Shown here piece by piece: positions 25,019 to 40,500 of a DNA stretch of 64,000 bases. Both the position numbers and the translations under genes were made by a program. The DNA lies in the NCBI GenBank assembly GCA_051362555.1, contig CM120642.1, forward strand, positions 33,976,001-34,040,000. The letters are read 5' to 3'. Position 1 is the stretch's first letter; each line of letters starts with the position of its first letter. The notes beneath the pieces are model-generated. The model worked only from the letters and a program-made list of their open reading frames with translations. It had not been told where the DNA came from and ran no database searches. Origin of the DNA: Lingula anatina. Lineage: Eukaryota; Animalia; Brachiopoda.

Positions 25019-27253
25019 TTTTTGCATATTTCAAACTTATAGTGTCACATAAACAAGTAATATTTGATATCCAGGTCATGTAATATCCTATTAACATGCA
25101 CCTCCACGTCAGTGGCTCTATTAGTAACACTGAGACTGGATATCAACGGCAGGATTCACTTCAGGCAGGATTACTGGCGCCTGGTGTCACTCATAAACCT
25201 TGAAGGTCTGCTACGTCTTGACTTGCCACTTCCCCTGACAAAACACTCTCTTTGATGACAGCACTATGGCTCCTATAAAATAGCACACAGAAGACGTGTT
25301 TAGACCGGAGCAATTTTAGCCCGGAAATCAGGCTACAGGCAAGTTTCCAGCAGAGCTAGGTTAACCTAACTATGTCTATCCTACCTCAGCAGGCCATAAG
25401 GTTATAGAAAACTCATCAAGGAGAACAAGTGGAGTTGGTTGTCTGCCCACTGGCATTCTAACACAGTGAGGAAAGCCCTGTGCTCTGGTTTGCTAGGGTC
25501 TACTGAACATACTAAAGCTGCCTGCAAAAATGGATCATAATAGGTCTACCCATCTCCACTGTAAATACGCTCTTGATGTATAAACAGATGTGTTCACAAC
25601 TGTCATCTGAGGGCACAAGCATGGTTTCTTGTCTAAAACAGTCCTGTCTGCACACATCTTTACACCAGGCCAATATACACCGCAAACATTCAAATAAATG
25701 GAGAAAAGTAACCTATATGAAAATATAATTAGAAAGTATTCATTGTTGCTGTATAAACCTACAAAGAGGATATGTAAGTACTTTTAAAGCTTAATAATTT
25801 AAAGAGTGAAGCATTCTGCCACACTACACATTTTAAAGGTCTAACCAAGCTATTCATACAAGTAAATATACTTGTCCTGACTGAAAAAGTGATCAAAGGA
25901 TATAGAGAAGAGGAGCATTATGATTTCCAAGTTTAAAAACTTACATTAAAATCATGAGAGAAAATGCACGTGAAATTAAAAATCAATGAGAAACTCCCAG
26001 CCCTTCATTTGTTCACAGCTACTGTATGTGAAGTGTTGCTTATTTTTGTCAAGTCTCAGGAAGAGAAATCATGATGAAATTAAGCGTACTTGGTGCACCC
26101 ATTCATCACAACAGACTCCCACATATATATACAGTTTGTGTACAGTTGAACAAAACTCAGGTACACCAAGTGACCCTAGTACATTTTTGACTTCCAACTT
26201 TGGATAATTAAATTCACATTAAGGAAGTTGATTGTTTTCAATCATTTTACAGGTTCAAAGCACTCAGTCAATCAATTAGACTGATAGATCCAGAGTCTAC
26301 AAACAGGGAGAGAATTGGTGAAAATTTGTTGCTTGTGTGTTTAAGAGATTTAGTGAAATAAATTGCCAAGATGAGTGTCGTCTAAGTAAGTTCGGTGCAG
26401 TCAAGTACACCTGATGAACCTGTAAACTTTTTGACTCCCATACATTCAATTTCCAATGATGGATAAAATTACACAAACACCAGTAGCACAAACATGTTCA
26501 TTTCAATAGAACTGGTCTCAACCCACACGATGCCTTGCAATTGTAAGGAAAAGTACAGGGTTGTATAATTTTTATTGAAGTAAAATTCAGTGCTGAAGAA
26601 AAATAACCAGTCTCATTTATGACAATAGCTGTTTGTCAGTGAAATGGTATCTATTGAACCGTGACCATTGTGTAATTTCTCCTGATTTGCCCCCTCAGTC
26701 ATATTTGGTCAGTGGGTACATACTATTACATGATATTAACTTCTTACACCTCGAGTGTTTTTCAACCTTTGACTTCATTTCTCTTTTAAAGAAGAATTCC
26801 TCACTGATTGAGTTCTGCACTATAGCTTACAAACGGCCAATCACAAGGCATCTGCACTCATGCCAGACTATCAATTCTTCGCCCCCAAGCCAACAAACAG
26901 ATCGACACAATGGTTGAATAAACACTGTTATCAAAAGGTGTTGACGGTAAAAAAGGCTTCAGTACAGACTTATTGAACGTTGATTATTTGAAAGATAGGT
27001 AAACACATGATGGAGGTAGAATCAGCAGGGTGTTTGATCAGGCTCCATTCATAGCTTTTCCTCAATGAACTGTCCTAGAATTGATAGCAATCAAATTGCT
27101 CAGTCAATTGATTGTGATCAGTTTCTCTTTTTTTTCACTTCAGGGTTAAAAGGTACAATATTTCTCATGTTTAAGTGCAGTTTGTAACTTCAGTGGTAAC
27201 ACATTCACACATACTATAGTATATTAGAGATTTTCAGTATTGCTCATGTAAAT

Positions 27254-27255
<2 letters not shown>

Positions 27256-27309
<54 letters not shown>
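27256..27309. repeat. (AAT)n microsatellite
   Basis: Directly visible. Confidence 0.95.
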
Positions 27310-27311
<2 letters not shown>

Positions 27312-27994
27312 GCTTTAGTTCAAAGATTTAATTCTCTGTCATCAGTAGATATTTCCTTATAATTTTTTCATATATCAAAATAAAACAAATATTGTGACTG
27401 AGCAACTAGTATGTATGATTTACTGAAATTACTTGATCATTCAATGGGGGAGAATTGTGAATTTTACTAAAACTGTATTTTTTAAGACATAATTTTTAAA
27501 AATTAGAACATTCCTATTGAGTTGTACCAACAAAGTTAAAAGCAGGCTACTCTATAGTTCTGGTATATGCAGTTAAAGCACCACAAATGCTACTAGTATA
27601 TCTATGTATAATTTTGTGATTAAAAAATTATGTATCTGAAAGTTTGATCATTTTTGCCCAGTGAAAAGATCCACCCATCACAGTATGTTATGTCATCATA
27701 TTTAAGCAGTGCCAGTAAAGAGCACTGAAATAATTATAGTGCAAACAGAAAGGTGACATGAATTTTGTGGAGACCAAGATTGGGACCCCGTAGTTCTATG
27801 TGATAAATAAAAACATCAACAGTGTAGCTAGCCAGCCTACTTTTAAGTCCGGGCTTGTGTGTTTGTGGTAAAAAAAATTCCCGGTTTGAAACACTGTGTT
27901 ACATAAAATGCAGCAGCTTGCTTAACTCTATTTTTCCACATCAAGAAGGATACAAGTTTTATAGTTCCTCCTCGATCCTTTCACATGCCCCCAG

Positions 27995-28030
<36 letters not shown>

Positions 28031-29296
28031 CAACCAGCTGCCCCTGTTTGTGATAAATTACTAGGACAGGGATGTACTCTGATACTGAATGAATAAAGCC
28101 ATCAATCTATCCACAACATGCTCTATCCATTAACACGCACTGATCAGTCACCAAAAGTTGTCATGGTTTAAATTGTGAAATCATGTCATTAAACTTCAGA
28201 CAAGCTGTTTACGCTTGGGATCAATAGTGATGTCCTCATAAACAGGTGCCTTCTATGAGGTCTACTGAATGAATCAGCAGCCAAAAAATCACGTTATAAA
28301 TTATGAACCTCTCTACTGTGATGGCGAGTGTTAATAATCCCTGCTATATATATGTGTGACGTGTACTGTAATGTTTATGACAGTGTAATTTGTGACTGTG
28401 CACAATTTTAGTACATGTGTACGTGCTTCCTGTATTCAAGTGATGGGAATTTTGGGGTGAAAAACTGGGACAGGAAGTAGATGAAGGTAGCCTGAGTGTC
28501 ACCACTTTAATTAACGATATCCTGCACAACTAGCTAATTTCCTTAAAACAACTCAATTATTAAACAGCATTACCCTTGCACAAAAGCATATTACTTCAGG
28601 CGCCACTTCAGGATTTTTATCGTGGCATTTCAGGTATTTTTTATCATCCTGTTCCAAGAACTTCATTCATATATTTGAAAGTGCAACCAGGCTGGCTTTA
28701 CCTGTTATTTGATGAAAAGATGTCTCATCTAAATGTTCAACAGACTGCACTTTGTAATAAAACTGGGCACATTAAAAGGATGACAGCTCTTCATATGAGA
28801 TTCAAAATTTCACAATTATAATAATAATTAAAATAAATACATTGTAAACAAAATGGCTGTTATCATAATTATTCTAAAATCTATGCTTGCCATTGGACCA
28901 AGTGGACCTTTATAGATGGTTATACCTCCCTAATTATCTCTTAAAGGATTATTACAAAAAGCAAAGTAAAAAAAGAGAACAATTGACTAACTTTTAAAAT
29001 TGGAATTATTTCATTAACCATTGGAAAGTATGGGGAAATCATCTCTACCCCAGAATAGTTCGTAATCAGCAGTAATTATGGCATGCTAAAAGTTTGCCAA
29101 TCAAAATAACTTTATACTTCAAATTTTTTTTCTGTTTTCATTTTTGTCAAGTCCATTAACATTTAGTATACATTTGGCTATGAAACACAAAGTTATATTT
29201 AAGAATAAGTTGATCTTGCAAAACTATACTTGTAGTATTTGGAGGTTGGCATATGAAGTCAAATCACCCCCAAATAAGTGTCCCCATCTGGCGATG

Positions 29297-29298
<2 letters not shown>

Positions 29299-29343
<45 letters not shown>
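29299..29343. repeat. (AT)n microsatellite
   Basis: Directly visible. Confidence 0.95.
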
Positions 29344-29346
<3 letters not shown>

Positions 29347-31436
29347 GTACAAACTGGTTTGTGCTAGGTCAAGTTCAAACACTGGGACAAACTATGAAAT
29401 CCTTCAAAAGATTGAACTATAACTGTGTCATTTGATAGTGGGCTATCTGACAGCAATATACTATAATGGGTCTTCATTTTATCTCCAAGTTATATGTATC
29501 CTAATGCATAGCAATTTGGGGAAATCTAATTTATTTTGGTCCATCTTCAATCAGCAGACTTACGTCAGTCAGTCAGCCAGTAAAATGTAGTCAGTTAGTT
29601 AGTCAATCTGAGTTTTTAAGTCAGTCTGTAAGTCAGTCAGTCAATTCACCAGTCTGTTAGTCCTTTACTCATGCACATCCAAATGCAGACATCAGAATTT
29701 TAACTGTGCTTTATCTTTTTCATTCAACTTTAAAGTTAAACAACAGCATTTAACTTAAATGACAAAAATACCCTTGAAGAGTTTCAGTAACTCTTTGGTG
29801 CACATTGTTCTAATTATTCATTTTTATTACTGAGAAGTTTTTTTAATTAGCATTAAAAACTTTGTTTAGTCAATGTAGTAAGCCAGCTAGCATTTTGACC
29901 CTAAAAGGGCTAAGTTAAAAACTGGTCTAAATGTGACTACCACACATCGAAGAACATGATGAAGATTTTCCAAAGAAATCAATCAGAAAATGTCTAATTC
30001 CTGTTTTTCAAGAATCTCATCTCTTGGCAAATATCATCACAGCTCATGTGCATGGTCGTATCAAGGCATGCTCCCAGAGGTAAGATTTCATTGTGTTCTT
30101 ATATTTCTATTTCCACTGAAAAGTATATTATTTCACAACTTCATCATGAACCTGTAGCTGTTGTTTTTCCTCCATCAACACATCAGACCCTGGGATATAT
30201 GATATGAAGTTTAGTTTTTGTGGTTTCCACTATTCCTTTAGGTAAACTGGCTTTTTCCCCAGTGCAGGTATATTATTTTCTTTGTAATACCGCCAGTCTA
30301 TGTAACACTGAACAAGTTCATTTTATGCATGACAAGGTACAACTTTGCATCATACCATAACCCTGGGGCCTTACGTCTGCTGCCATTTTTGTGGTTGAAA
30401 TTGACAAAAAGTGAACTAACAAAATATTCTCCATAAAAATTTTTCTTGTTTTTCTTTTTTGACAAGCAGACAGAATTTAATCGAATAAATCAATAGCTTC
30501 ATCCAACTTAACCTGTGATTGGTCTATGTTTTTACTTGAAGTATATCTCTCAACCAATGAAAATGCTGCTTTTTGCTATCTATTTTCAAGACAACATAAC
30601 TTCTATAACAGTACTGCTATTGCACCTGTTTTCCAGATAAACAACAATGGAAAAAGCATCAGTTTAATGAATAGCATCAATTTTCCTGAAAAATGCACCA
30701 AATAACCTCTCAAGTGTATTTTCTACAACATGGAGCAATCGCTGAAAGATGATTAATATTGATGAAAAAATAACAGCCATGCAGGTGTGCACTGGGAAGC
30801 AGATACACATAAATATGTCCTTATTAAACTTGCCCTCACAAACACAAATATAACCTAATTACTTCATCATCAAATACCATCACTGAGCCCATAATATTAA
30901 TACAGTTTAAACTTTTTTTGTCAGTTGCAACCAAATATATTTCCTTCAATTAAAACTATAAATCAATATCCACCTCCATCTTCCTTATTGCAGTTAAAAG
31001 TACCCATAGAGCGCAGTTTTTTCTGTAAAAATAAACAACATGATTGTAAGACAGCAAATACCACAACATGCGCAAGACTCTTCTATAAAAGTGAGTTGAA
31101 AAACAAACTAACATTTACCAAGAACCTGATCTCACAGGTACTCTACACGTATTCCCCTAGTCTGCAGTCAACAAACATCAGAAGTTGTTTACCAAGAACT
31201 CATCTCAATATGAAGCAAGCAATACGCCCTCAAGTATGCAAGTGACCTTAAATGACGCCAATCATGGCACAAAACATCACTCAATCTTAATAGTTTGTAA
31301 TAAATTCTCCTTCTGTAAACATGCTTTGAAATCGATACCCTCCTCACATTGTATGTTGATCTGGATGGTTTGGGTGAATTGATTTAAATTGTCATTTATC
31401 CATTTATTGGAGTAAATCCGCTCTCCTTACATGCAG

Positions 31437-31438
<2 letters not shown>

Positions 31439-31478
<40 letters not shown>

Positions 31479-31492
31479 ACACACACGCACAC
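31439..31492. repeat. (AC)n microsatellite
   Basis: Directly visible. Confidence 0.95.
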
Positions 31493-31884
31493 CAACAACT
31501 ACCTAAGTTGACCACTGAATTAGGTTTTGCTGAGAAGTATGTAAAAAACTGTAATAGAGGCCATGTGCTGGAGAGAGTAACTCATTGCTGTAATGTGAGA
31601 CTGTTATCTGAGTAACCTCTTATACAGAGAACACGTTCTGTCACAATATCACTGTTAAGTTGCTGCTTTGACATCAACAGGGAATACCGAAATAGAAGAT
31701 CTTCCAGAAAATTAGCCTGTTCTATGAATACTGGACCGAGACAGCACAGAAGTATTACCTAATATTATTCCTAATGTAGATGCTGATTTCAACAATATTT
31801 CAATCAAGCTATATTTAACTTTGATAAAACAGGTAGGATCATAGAGATAACATAAACCACATTTTACATGTAATTAGAGCCTTC

Positions 31885-31915
<31 letters not shown>

Positions 31916-32595
31916 TTTATGCAATTGTTCTCTTTTCCTTTGTAGCCAAGGTGTCATATATTCCTGAGCAGTCAAGGTGTCACGTGGCAGATGAACTGTG
32001 GAAAAATGTGAATTGAATCCACGTGTTGACAACCTTCTGTCTGTGTACTGGTTCAGATCACACAAACATAACCAGCATTGTTGACTTTTCCCCTACGAAA
32101 CTCTCATGTCTTTTAAAGTCACATAATCACATTTTTCAGGCAAAAAGTAATCTGTGTATTTACAAAGAAGTTTACATGCCTATATGGTTGAATGAGATAT
32201 TTGACAAAAACAAGTTCAGACCTTTTCCAAGATATCATGTTCATGTCCTGGATTTTCAAAACTCAAATTCAATGGAGCATTTCAAGGCCTTGATATCCTT
32301 TAATGCCTCCAAAGAAAGCTTCCTCTGTGCTGATGTGGGTCCTGAGGTTTGTTGAGGGGTATATGATGGAATTATCTCTAACCACAAGTGTCAATCTGGA
32401 CATTTTCTAGAGCAGTAGCATGTTTTCATTATTAGGAATATCTTACAATGACCAAGTTAATTCTGATACTTTAGACAAAACTTTGTACAAAAGTGTTTTA
32501 TAGGAGCATATCTGCCTCTACTGTAATAGGGGGTGTAAATAATAATTATAGACATTCTAAGACATTCGAAGAATTATACCTCATGTTAATATCAA

Positions 32596-32777
32596 GGGGG
32601 CATCTAGATAGTCCGAGGGTTCTTTGGTCCGAATTCAGGTTCATTGGTCCGAAAAGTGGTAACATTTTCATTGACTTTTTAATCAAGGGGTCATTGGTAC
32701 GAAGGTTCAATAGTGAACATTTGGGCCAATTAATGAACCTTCAAATTATTGAACCTTCAGACTATTGCTACAGCCCC
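32596..32777. mobile_element. Non-autonomous foldback/Mutator-like element
   Basis: GGGGC...GCCCC ends, imperfect terminal inverted repeats (TIRs) built from GGTTCATTGGTCCGAA-type subrepeats, and a flanking direct repeat AATATCAA (32588-32595 and 32778-32785) read as the TSD. The superfamily is inferred. Confidence 0.7.
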
Positions 32778-33964
32778 AATATCAAATGGCTTTTTTCATC
32801 AGTCACTTATTTTTTCACAGAAATTATTAAATGCCATTTATCCAAAACAGATAAAAAGGATTTCATTCCACATAATTCACCAAGGGGTAACAATGTACCT
32901 TTAGTCCACCCTGTGCCCTCCCTCCACTCCCCCCCCTCCACTCCCCCCACTCCACTCCACCCACCCTCCACTCCCCCCCCTCCACTTCCCCCCCCCCCTT
33001 CACTACAATAACACACTGTACAACTGACATACAAAAGTACATTTTTATAGTCAATTGGTGAATGAAAAGGTACCATGTTATTTTTTTTTATGTTACTTTT
33101 CTATTTCTAAATATTTCTCTCTCACACACACACACACACACAAATATATCTATATATAATCTCACACAATAGCATGCACACACGCATATAACTTGAGTAA
33201 AAGCCAATCAGATCAAACCACCTGACTTCCTTAGTAAACACTACCTGACCACAGACACATGCAACCATTGATGCAATTTATATATTTCTGTATCTTAATT
33301 TGTCACGATCAATACGTCCAAGTTCTGCCATGCGGATAATTGAGAGATTGCTTATCATTTTGTTTATTTCATTTTCTAAGGGTCCACTTGCACTTATTTT
33401 TGTGAGATCTGTTGACCAGGATCCAGAGGCAGCTAAAAATGGTCACTTCAAATTTTCCAAAAAAGGGCATGCAAAATTATCAACTCAATCCTAATATATC
33501 CATAGGACATGTACAAAACATTCCTACCACGTAGGAAAAGAATGCATGAGCGTTAACTTAGTCAATTTAAGCTACGAGTATGAATCTCAAATATCACTTT
33601 TACAACCTAACTGACATGTACCTTTGGATATCTGTAATATGCTATTTGTTATTTCAGTCACATTTAGATAAATGCTTTTTTTTCACATCCTTAAAAACTT
33701 CCAGTAGTAGATGTATTCATCACCTATGAGGAATTTCTCTACACAAATCTATGCCAAGAATAAAGTGAAAGTAAAACCTGTTAAACCTTCAAACAGCAGG
33801 TAAATCATTTTAAGAAAAAAACAAATAGAATTCATTCTCTTCTCAAGGGAAAGTCACATAAAAACTCATCTGTACATACGGACTGATACAAGAAATATTC
33901 ATGGTATAATTCTAAACAGAAAGTTGTGGAGTTGATACAGAAGACATTTTTATCTGACATCCAT

Positions 33965-34139
33965 GGCCGCATTCAAAATATGGGACTAACTAGTCAGAGG
34001 GTCAAATATGGCGACTCACTACAAAGCTTGCCATCTAATCCACTTATAGACAATGGATTGATATCCTGTGGGGAAGTATTCAAGTGGGTCAGCCATATTT
34101 GACCCTCGGACTAGTTAGTCCCCTATTCTGAATGGGGCC
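33965..34139. mobile_element. 175-bp MITE, copy 1
   Basis: ~48-bp TIRs (GGCCCCATTCAGAATA.GGGACTAACTAGTC..AGGGTCAAATATGGC). A homologous copy lies at 55997-56171. Confidence 0.85.
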
Positions 34140-36630
34140 TATGTTAACATCATGATGGGGTTACAGAACCAGACACCAAGAATTTAGAAGCAAGACTAAG
34201 GTGTACTCCTTTAAGTCATCTTTATCCCAGGGAGAGATCTGGTTCCCTCCAGTTTCACTTCACAAAGAATATACATGTATATATTCCCTGCGTAGAACAA
34301 TAATAATAATACAAGATACAATGCAGCAATCAACATGCTTAATTTCAGTTGCTAAGATAATTTAAGAAAAACTGTTTGACAGAAAATGCTGAAAGTTGTC
34401 TGGTTACCTAGACGGCTGCTGTGTTTGCTCTTTCTTTCTGCCAATTACAGGTGTTAAGTACTGGTGTTCATTATAAGTGTTAATTGCAGGTGTTAATTAA
34501 GCCACTTGTATCAAGTGGTAAAATCATGTTTGCTTCATTTCTGCACTGTGGACAGAAATTTCATATTTACATAAAGTTTATATTCAGTCAGATACATGTA
34601 AAATAACTGAGCTATTTATAATGAAAAAAGCAACCACCATCTTTCCCTACAATAACAATTACCATTCCAATACGATTTACGGTTTACAAGTTGTCATAAC
34701 CAAAATGAGGGCTAAGACGCTCTGAGAGAAAAACAACAGCAACCAGTATGTCTGACAACAATCTAATATGGAGTAGCAGCTTGCCTACTTTCACGTCAGT
34801 CCTGGCCATAAAAACAGCAATAAACATTAAATAATCATATAATAAAGAATAACAAGCTGTTCCATTTGTATCTCCTTTGCTGACAACACAATGTACCAGA
34901 AACAACAACAACTTTGAGATAACTGAGGTAATGAATTACTCGTTTTCTTTCAATAAAGGTACAGTTTTAAACAGTAAACAGCATAGTGTGTAAATATATT
35001 GACTACCAGACGGATTATCAACCAGAGACAAGATGGGTCTGTGAAAGTAAGATATGAACAGATCATTACCGAACACACCTTGGTTACAAAAAATGTTTTT
35101 AAAAATCCACAACATGAAACCACAAACTCTGCCCTCAGTGACTGCCTGTAATATAATATTTGTACTTTTTACTTTTAATGTCAACTGCCACATGAAACAT
35201 ACTGTGATAGCTTCCAAGCACTTTTTGTGCTATATTCCATGTGGACTGTTTAAATATGTTTTTTTTTTTTTTTTTTAGTATACTTTTAGTATAGACCACA
35301 AAATAAGTTTTAAATTTATCTAAATTTTCATTTTATAGCGTACATGTAGGAATGAAAACTGGCCATCAAAATTCCTTATCACATTCCTAAAATACATGTT
35401 CACTTAAACAATAAAATGTCTCCTGATACTAAAATAACTGCACAAGACATGACAGTTGAGCATCCTCTCGCAGGATTTCAGTTTCTCTAAGCCAAATGCT
35501 CATGTACTATAAGGTGTTTTTTTTGTGTATTTTAGGCCATGTTTGCCCTCAGATGACCAGATAATATGTTACAGCTCCTGACAACCAGCAATTGGACATC
35601 AACACATCAATCATCTATACTACAGTCAGCATTTTGGAGGGACAATTCATAACTTTTTATCATTATCTTCATCTCAACTCACTTATGAAAAAGAAGGCAG
35701 GACCTACATAAATAAAAAAATTCACATTTATGAGATAATGAACAGTGCACTAGAAGGGGAATATCATATATCTACAGTAATGGTGTTTGTCAATTACTTA
35801 ATCAGTCGTTTTCTACCTTATCCTGTCATCCCAACTTTTTATTATAAATAAACTCCACCTGGTGGAGAGGGGAGGAGGCTTGGTGTCACAGGGCAACAAC
35901 ACCTCCAGGAAGACCATACCCCCTTTCCCTATATATTGTTCTATTCTGTGCAGAAAACAGCAAGTAAAAGCACCACAAATGCAATCTAGAAACATGATCT
36001 TTAATTTCTTTTAATGTACGTGACAACAGATCAGTGTTCTCCCAGTTCAGTCAATTTAGCATGATCTGTAAGCATCTCCAGGGACTCAGGTGGAGTTTTT
36101 ATCTGTGGTAGTAACAAGCATTCATCTGTCTTTGTTATCAAATTACTGCACAGATGTAGAGATGATCCCAGGAATGACCTTACGACATTATCTGCTGCAA
36201 CAACAGCATGCGTGATTTGAAACAATTCTGTAATATACAGAGTATCAATTTTGACCTCTGATCCTCACATAACCTCTAGAGTCCTTCTAGGAATTTATCT
36301 TAAAAACTACCTGTCATTTCTCACGTTGTTTACTCACATCATGCACATTCTTTGCACTGTTTGTTTTCTGATGTCAGGTTTTTATTTGTGTGTCTGGTAG
36401 AAAAAACAACAGGATACGGATCTTTTTAAGTAAACAGGTCACAATTTGGAAATTGCAAAATCAATTCATCTCATAACATTTTTAAAATCCTTGGAACAAT
36501 GGACAATCTAAATGGATAAAAAAATTACATAACTTTTTAAAATTCTCATCTGCATGCGCTCCGTAACATCACTTAATTAATCTTTACAGCATATCCAGTG
36601 TCTGATGTCAAGGGTGAATACAGGTGAGGG

Positions 36631-36676
36631 CAGTGGCAGATTAAGGGGGAGAATAATAACCCTGGATCCACCCCTA
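36631..36676. mobile_element. Possible collapsed mini DNA-transposon remnant
   Basis: Imperfect inverted ends CAGTGGCAGATTAAGGG / CCCTGGATCCACCCCTA, flanked by GAGGG on both sides. Confidence 0.3.
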
Positions 36677-37505
36677 GAGGGTGTACAGAGCATTTTAATA
36701 ACAAGATGAATGCATGACCACAAGATGCCTGCCTGCCCGGTACAAACAGGAAGACTAGTGGTTATTCTTGGAATTGTTGATGTTATATACATGTATATGT
36801 CTGCTATTTAATACACCATCACATCACACTGCTGATTATATTACAACTCAACCTGTGGTCAGAATCAATCACAACAGAACTCAGTAGATTTTGTGGCTAT
36901 TTCCCACATGCACATGAGAAGTAAAAAAATCACTACAAAAATGTTGGCATTGATGACTTCAGAGTGACTATTCAGTGTAAAATAAATATTTTCCAGATCA
37001 TTGCTGAATAGAACAATCTTAATCTGTTAATTTGTTTGAATGAGATAAATTATTTATTAAATCCATTAATCATTAATCAACCACATGATGACACGCATGA
37101 CACATTAATTAAATCCAAGGAAAATTCAGAATAATTTATTTTTTTTTAAACACACACGCAATATATATTTTTTAATTTAAACAAGATTGTCTATAATTAT
37201 AAATTGAATAATTCATGAAAACAAAATGAATAACAATGGTTTAGGCAAACCAAGTGTTTCAATATAATCTAAGCACTAAATAATGAAAAATCTGAAAGTT
37301 CGTAAGATGCATGCCTGACTGTATTGATAATTACGCAGTGTTCTACCTGTCATGAGACCTAATGGCGTGGTCAGACAGGGACCATTTCAGACCACATGAG
37401 GCCTGAAATGCCTCATCTTACTGGCTGATAGCTTGACTAGGAACCTTAGTGTTTGCAGCCGTGTTTCCAGTTTACTTGGTCCAGTAAAACCCATATCAGT
37501 ACCCC

Positions 37506-37552
<47 letters not shown>

Positions 37553-40500
37553 CTTAGTGGGACATCTTGTTGGGAAAAACCAGAAAAATTAGTAAGAATA
37601 AATCCTGTATTGTTACAGCACCGTACTTGCCAGTTTACTTTGACCCCATTTTTGTCCAATTCCTGGGAAATCTAGCTTGAAGCGCATGACTTGGGGCTTT
37701 CTTGCACAATACCCAGTTATACTTTTGAAAAAAAAAAACTTCTCATTCGCACACTAACAAATGCTTAATTTCCTGTATTATACAGTGGCTTATCCAAGTT
37801 ATTAACATGTTGCTTAAGAGAAGCCATAAAAATTTATGCTAAAATATATAAGAAGTTCTTCAGAGAGCAGTTTCAGTAAAATATCAGGTGTTTCAACAAC
37901 ACAGGTGACAGTCACCTGCCTGCTCTCATCTGTATGTCATCTGTATATGTCACATGGCAGCATTACATACTGCCTTATTTCATGTAATGAGGATAAGTTT
38001 GGTAACTATCGCCACATATTTTATCCACTGCTTTTCTTATTACACATTTAAAGTGAAAGAATGTTTAAGACTACAAATTTCAATATATATTATGTAACTT
38101 TAAAATATATATTTCAGATATATTATACTGTTTAAACATAGCTGTCAGGTGTCTTTGGCTGCCTGAGACTTTCCTTATACCTGACCACATCACCTCAAGG
38201 ACTAAACACTTGTTACAGTTGTCAGATCACTTAACACCATGTTCCTAATGTCCAACTATGTCCACCTCCTGGCCTGGGGAAATACACAATCAGAGGAGAC
38301 TGATAGAGGGTTTTATGCATATCTCAGCAGAATATTATTTTTTTAAATATATTTGTACATGGCTCAGGGTAATTCCTTTGGCTTCTTTCTTTTCTTTCTT
38401 TCTTTTTCTTTCTTTCTTTTTTTTTTTTTTTTGGTGGGGGGGGGGGGGGGGGGAGGAGCACAACCCATCCCCCTGGATTCACTAGCAACTCCACAAAGAA
38501 ACAAAGTCATGCAAAAACCAATCTGCCTGCCATATTAATATTAGCCTTCAGTCCAGAAAAACAATTCTTCCTATACAGTGCCAAACATACTGTGTTGTAA
38601 AGGCCACCCTGCTATTGTCGTGCTAGTAGATCAAAGATCCACCACTTGACATTTATATGGTCCAATTACATACAACCTAATTTTATCCCTTTACAATTAA
38701 CACCTTTGACATCAACACCAACATTATTCCTGGAAAATCATGTTAGTCTAATGAACTGGATATAAACACCTTCTGTTTGTATGCTGTTTTGGCTGTGAAC
38801 CTTAATGAATGTTATGTAGCTGCTGCAGGTTTATTTTCCTACGGCATGTTTTGACAACTATTGGCTTGGCTGCTGGTCAAGTTGATACATAGTACAAGTC
38901 ATGTGAGGTGCTACAGTTCTGCCTGTAGAGTAGCCAAACCCATGCTGGGGGCAAGGAAAGCTGACAATTTTATTAATAATTACAATCTCATTACCTCCAC
39001 ATAGGACAGGTGTACCAGAATAGATGTCCTCCACTGATACTATCAGGACCAAAGATGCAAGGCAGTTTGGGGTGGAATTCAATCAAATTATTTTAGCCAT
39101 GATAATACTTTCCAATTTATAATGTGATTTAATCAAATGTGGTTTTATTGTAAGTATTTGTATCTACAACTGACTTTGTGATGTCTGTGTACAAGATCTT
39201 GTACAATGTACATACAATCTTTCTAAATTTTATCATGTGTTATTTCATCTCTATGATAAATCAAACAAGATTAGAGTATCAATAGTTTACTTGGAAACAA
39301 TTGGTTTTATGTATATTCAATTTCTAAAAAGTCCATATCTGATGATAAATCTCATCTTTGTCATTGTATACACTAATTTCATCAATATAAGGGCAATCAC
39401 TCTTGCTTGTGATCAAAATGGAGAGAATCGAGTTGAAATGTGAAATTTGTAGTAAGGGAAACACAAGTGACATGCAAATAGAACATAAAATCAAGAAGAA
39501 TCTGACAAAAAATACAATCATTTGTCATCACAACATATTGCATGTCATAGATAGTTCAGCTTTTGAAAAAAGTCACTGAATAAGCCTTGTGCTTATAATA
39601 AAATAATAATGAATGAAAGTGGTAACCTGTACAATGTAAAAGTTAAATGAAACAACAGTTTTTGCTGGGATGATAGACAGCATGGCATTACACGTACATT
39701 GTTCTATTGTTCTTTTACAGGGAAAATGATAATTTTATGACTCTAGAGTTATCTGTGATAAAATTTCACATGTCACACGTGTCTCAAAAGCTTATTATCA
39801 GGGTAAGTTCCTCTTTCAACTTTTTTCATTTTAAATAAAAAAAATCTTTGACAACAACATCCTTTAATATTTAAAAAATGAGAGGCGTTCTGTAACCACA
39901 ATCAAGTAAAGGAACATGTAATGAAGTCGGAAATCTGATCTCTTCCTGTGTTGTTTGACATACAGTATCTTTTGCAATATTTTTCTCAGGTGATTGATTT
40001 GTTTGGCTGCCAATGGTGTTATCATTCTTCTGACCTTTGATCAATCTATCTACGTTTCCTCTTTTCTCAGAAACCTCATATGTACGCAGATATTACATCA
40101 ATTAAATTTACAGTAAAAACACCACCATTTCCCTTGCTGAGTTTATTGGCCATTTTAACATCTATTTATAACTAACAGGCAATATCACCATCCAAATAAA
40201 TACAATAATCCATCATAACAACTTGTACTTTTACTCAGCCATGTTAAAGGAAATAACTGCATGGCACAATACAACAAAGCAAAGCACTCTGAAATGGAAA
40301 ATAATCAACCCTGTAGTAGAGCGTGGACATTAACCGTTCCAAGAAATGTTTGCATGTAATATAATGCAAGGTTTCAGAGAGAAGACTTTCAAGAAAATGA
40401 GATATTACAAAGATTTCATCAGGTTTTTATAAACCTTTCCTCGGATAATTTAAGCCAAAGCTTAAATAAAAATGAATTTTTGACTTTTTATATAAAAATA

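Noticed and set aside
30013-30079. Plus-strand 67-nt exon-like segment with an AG|GTAAGA donor
   Set aside because: Weak AAG acceptor, no recognisable peptide and no partner exons.
32493-33011. 172-aa ORF with a Pro-rich tail
   Set aside because: GTG start. It runs through a foldback element and a C-rich low-complexity tract.
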